Below, piece after piece: positions 61,444-64,000 of a stretch of 64,000 bases of DNA. Source of the stretch: Anaerolineaceae bacterium (GTDB taxonomy: Bacteria; Chloroflexota; Anaerolineae; Anaerolineales; UBA11657); the NCBI GenBank assembly GCA_003569365.1, contig BGOS01000017.1, positions 838 through 64,837 of the forward strand. Reading direction: 5' to 3'. The number at the start of each line of letters is the position of its first letter. Positions within the stretch are counted from its first letter, which is position 1. The notes beneath the pieces were generated by a model. The model worked only from the letters and a program-made list of their open reading frames with translations, was not told the DNA's origin and made no database searches. Position numbers and translations under genes: made by a program.

Positions 61444-61479
61444 ACTATAATAAGGCGGTAGGGGGATCATCCGGGCAGC

Positions 61480-62840
61480 ATGCGCAACACAGCGTGCCTG
61501 CCGCAATCTTGCTTGTTATCTAGCTTCATAATCATTGCGCTGCTAACGGGGTTGACCGCGCTGTATGTGGGCGCGGAGTTTGCTGTTGTAAAGTCACGGC
61601 GCACACGCATCAGCCAGCTGGCGGCTTCCGGCAACCGCTTTGCGCGCCAGCTGCTGCCCATCCTTGAGGACTCGCGCAAGCTCGACCAGTTTGTGGCAGC
61701 CTGCCAAGTGGGCATCTCCCTCACCGGCCTGCTGCTGGGCGCCTACGGCGAGGCCGTGCTGGCGCCGCGCCTGGCGCCGCTGCTCGGCGGCACACAATCG
61801 CATTCACTGGCTGCCACCATTGTGCTGTTGCTGCTCACCATCCTGCTGGTGCTGCTGGGCGAGCTGATTCCCAAGTCACTTGCACTGCAATATCCGCACC
61901 GCACGGCGCTGGCCAGCATGCTGCCAATGCGCGCTTCACAAATAATTTTTGCGCCGCTAATTTGGCTGCTGAACGGCAGCGCGCTTGTGTTGCTGCGCCT
62001 GCTGGGCCGCAGCGCTGCGCCGGTGCGTGGCAGCCTGCACTCCGCCGAAGAAATTGAGCAGCTGGTGGAAGACAGCCACGCCGGCGGCGTGCTGGATGCG
62101 GACGAGCGCCAAATGCTGCGCAACACGCTGCGCCTGCGCGACCGCGTGGCGCGCCAGGTGATGACCCCGCGCACCCGCCTGTACGCAGCACCGGCGGACA
62201 GCAGTGTGCATGCGCTGCTGCAAGGTGCGTGCGAAGCCGGCCACAGCCGCATCCCGCTCTACCGCAACACCATCGACCAAATCATCGGCTTTGTGCACAT
62301 CAAGGATGTGCTGCGCCTGCAGGTGCAGGGGCGCGAAAACCTGGCTGAGATTTGCGCGAGGCGGTGTTTGTGCCAGAGACGCTGCCGCTCGCCGCGGTCT
62401 GGGCCGCACTTGAAACCAAGCACCAATATATGGCCACTGTCTTCGATGAATACGGCGGCACCGCCGGCATCATCACCATGGAAGACTTGCTCGAAGAAAT
62501 TTTCGGCGAACTGCAGGACGAGTTTGACACCAAAGAAAACGCGCTCGTCTCGGCGGACAAAACCGGACGCCTCTTCCTGCGCGGCGAACTTTTGGTGGAG
62601 GATGTGAACGAGTACCTCGCGCTCAGCTTGCCCGAGCAAGAGATGGACACGCTCGGCGGCCTGGTGTTTGAGGCGCTTGGGCGGCGCCCCAGCGTGGGCG
62701 ACGAAGTGACGCTTGGCGTGCCGGGCATCTCGGTGCGCGTGGAAAGCATTGACGAGCTTGCCGTGCTGGAAGTTTCGCTGCTGCTGGGGCCAAAGGTGCA
62801 AACGCAAGTGGGCGAGTGGGCGGTGGCAGCGCGTGAATAG
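61480..62840 (+). CDS. CNNM/TlyC-family protein (DUF21 + CBS pair + CorC_HlyC), with one frame break
   Basis: ORFs 61480-62607 and 62352-62840 join into one protein. It has a DUF21 TM region (AEFAVVKSRRTRI), a CBS pair and a C-terminal transporter-associated domain. Adding one T to the run at 62351-62353 gives ...ENLAEILREAVFVPE... Confidence 0.85.
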
Positions 62841-64000
62841 CCTGCCAGCAGCGGCCCTGCTGCAAGCGCTGCCCGCTGCGCCACAACTGCTGCTGGCCTT
62901 GCTGGTGGTAGCCGGGCTGGTGGCGCTCAATGGGTTGCTGGTTGCTGCCGAGTTTGCCATCATCGGCGTGCGCCCCACCCAAATGGAAGAACTTGCCGGC
63001 CAGGGCAACCCTGTGGCGCGCTCGGTGCTGGCCGTGCTGGAGCACCCGCAAGCACAAGACGAATACATCGCCGCTGCGCAATTAGGCATTACGATTGCGT
63101 CCTTGGGGCTGGGCGTGTACTGCGAGCCACAGCTTGCAAACTTTGCCGCGGCCTACCTGCAACTGCTGCCGGTTGTGTCTGGGGCGGCAGCCCAAAGTGC
63201 CGGGCATGTGCTGAGCCTGGGGCTGCTCACCTATCTGCACATTGTGCTGGGGGAGATGGTGCCCAAAGCGCTGGCACTGGAAAACCCGCGCACCATGGCG
63301 CTGAATGTGGCGCGCCCGATGCAGGCCCTGCGCGTGCTGCTGCTCTGGCCCACGCGCACCCTCAACGCCATCGGCTCGCGCCTGCTGCGCGCATTTGGCG
63401 TGCCGCCGGCTTCGGGGCATGCCAGCCTGCACTCCACCGAAGAGCTGGAGCAGATTGTGGCCGAGAGCAAACAGGGCGGGCTGCTGCGCGAGTCAGAGGA
63501 AGAGATTCTGCTCAACATATTTAACTTCAGCGAGCGTCAGGTAGACCAGGTTATGACCCCGCGCATAAAAATCCAGGGCATCCCTTCCACCATGCCGCTG
63601 CCGGAAATTCTGAACCTGGTGACCACCAGCCGCTTCAGCCGCTTCCCGGTTTACGAAGCGGACATTGACAGCGTGATTGGCGTGCTGCATGTGCGGGACC
63701 TGGCGCATCACCGCCTGCGCGCGCGCGGCGATGCGTTTGATATCCGGCTGCTGATGCGCGCAGCCCCGATCGTGCCCGAGTCTTACTCGGTGGGCGAACT
63801 GATGGCGGCCTTCAAGCGCCAGCGCCTGCACATGGCGTTGGTGGTGGATGAGTTTGGTGGCACCGCCGGGCTTGTCACGCTTGAGGATCTGGTGGAGCAG
63901 GTGGTCGGTGAGGTGCGCGACGAGTTTGACCAGGAGCACGAGCCACTGACGGAGCTGGCGCCGGGTGTGCTGGAACTGAACGGCAACTGCCTGGTGCAGG
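62833..64000 (+). CDS. Second CNNM/TlyC-family protein (partial, runs off the window)
   Basis: The frame is open from GTG 62833 to the window end, so it is absent from the ORF track for lack of a stop. It reads AAEFAIIGVRPTQMEEL..., MVPKALALENP, QVMTPRIKI, VVDEFGGTAGLVTLEDLVEQVVGEVRDEFD. It overlaps the previous gene by 8 nt. Confidence 0.85.
   Translation, partial: MNSLPAAALLQALPAAPQLLLALLVVAGLVALNGLLVAAEFAIIGVRPTQMEELAGQGNPVARSVLAVLEHPQAQDEYIAAAQLGITIASLGLGVYCEPQLANFAAAYLQLLPVVSGAAAQSAGHVLSLGLLTYLHIVLGEMVPKALALENPRTMALNVARPMQALRVLLLWPTRTLNAIGSRLLRAFGVPPASGHASLHSTEELEQIVAESKQGGLLRESEEEILLNIFNFSERQVDQVMTPRIKIQGIPSTMPLPEILNLVTTSRFSRFPVYEADIDSVIGVLHVRDLAHHRLRARGDAFDIRLLMRAAPIVPESYSVGELMAAFKRQRLHMALVVDEFGGTAGLVTLEDLVEQVVGEVRDEFDQEHEPLTELAPGVLELNGNCLVQ

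Overview
This is a 64-kb stretch of a high-GC bacterial chromosome (about 65% GC by eye). It has three lower-GC patches at about 500-4870, 15730-16850 and 20900-30190. I could not run any database search, so all calls rest on motifs and family resemblance read from the translations. About 50 densely packed protein genes are supportable, mostly metabolism and transport:
- Sugar uptake and catabolism: a CUT1-type sugar ABC cassette plus an SDR, and a CUT2-type sugar ABC operon with an IlvD/Edd dehydratase, an SDR and a SelA/DgaE-like PLP enzyme.
- Central and amino-acid metabolism: arginase, an NSAR/OSBS enolase, a FadN-like enzyme plus thiolase, carAB, threonine dehydratase plus RidA, and hutUHI.
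- Peptide uptake: an ABC operon with an M20 peptidase.
- Cell-envelope enzymes: GT39, RmlD-like and CgeB-like.
- Others: rmuC, mgsA, chrA and two tandem CNNM/TlyC genes.

I recognised no rRNA, tRNA, CRISPR array, transposase or integrase.

Main points of interest:
1. A radical SAM gene (58171-59607, minus strand) whose apparent TGA stop is followed in frame by AEP. This gives the C-U-A-E-P selenocysteine tail of an uncharacterised selenoprotein family. A SECIS-like hairpin follows the TGA, and the gene is translationally coupled to a 540-aa lipoprotein with no recognisable domain.
2. A diverged inverted-repeat pair of about 310 nt (183-493 and 4869-5186) that brackets the 4.4-kb lower-GC sugar-transport cassette. 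No mobility gene is present.
3. A DapF-like protein in which both catalytic cysteines are replaced by serine.
4. Nine frame breaks that all sit on mononucleotide runs. They are most likely consensus indel errors, and five of them fall inside the repeat-flanked cassette.
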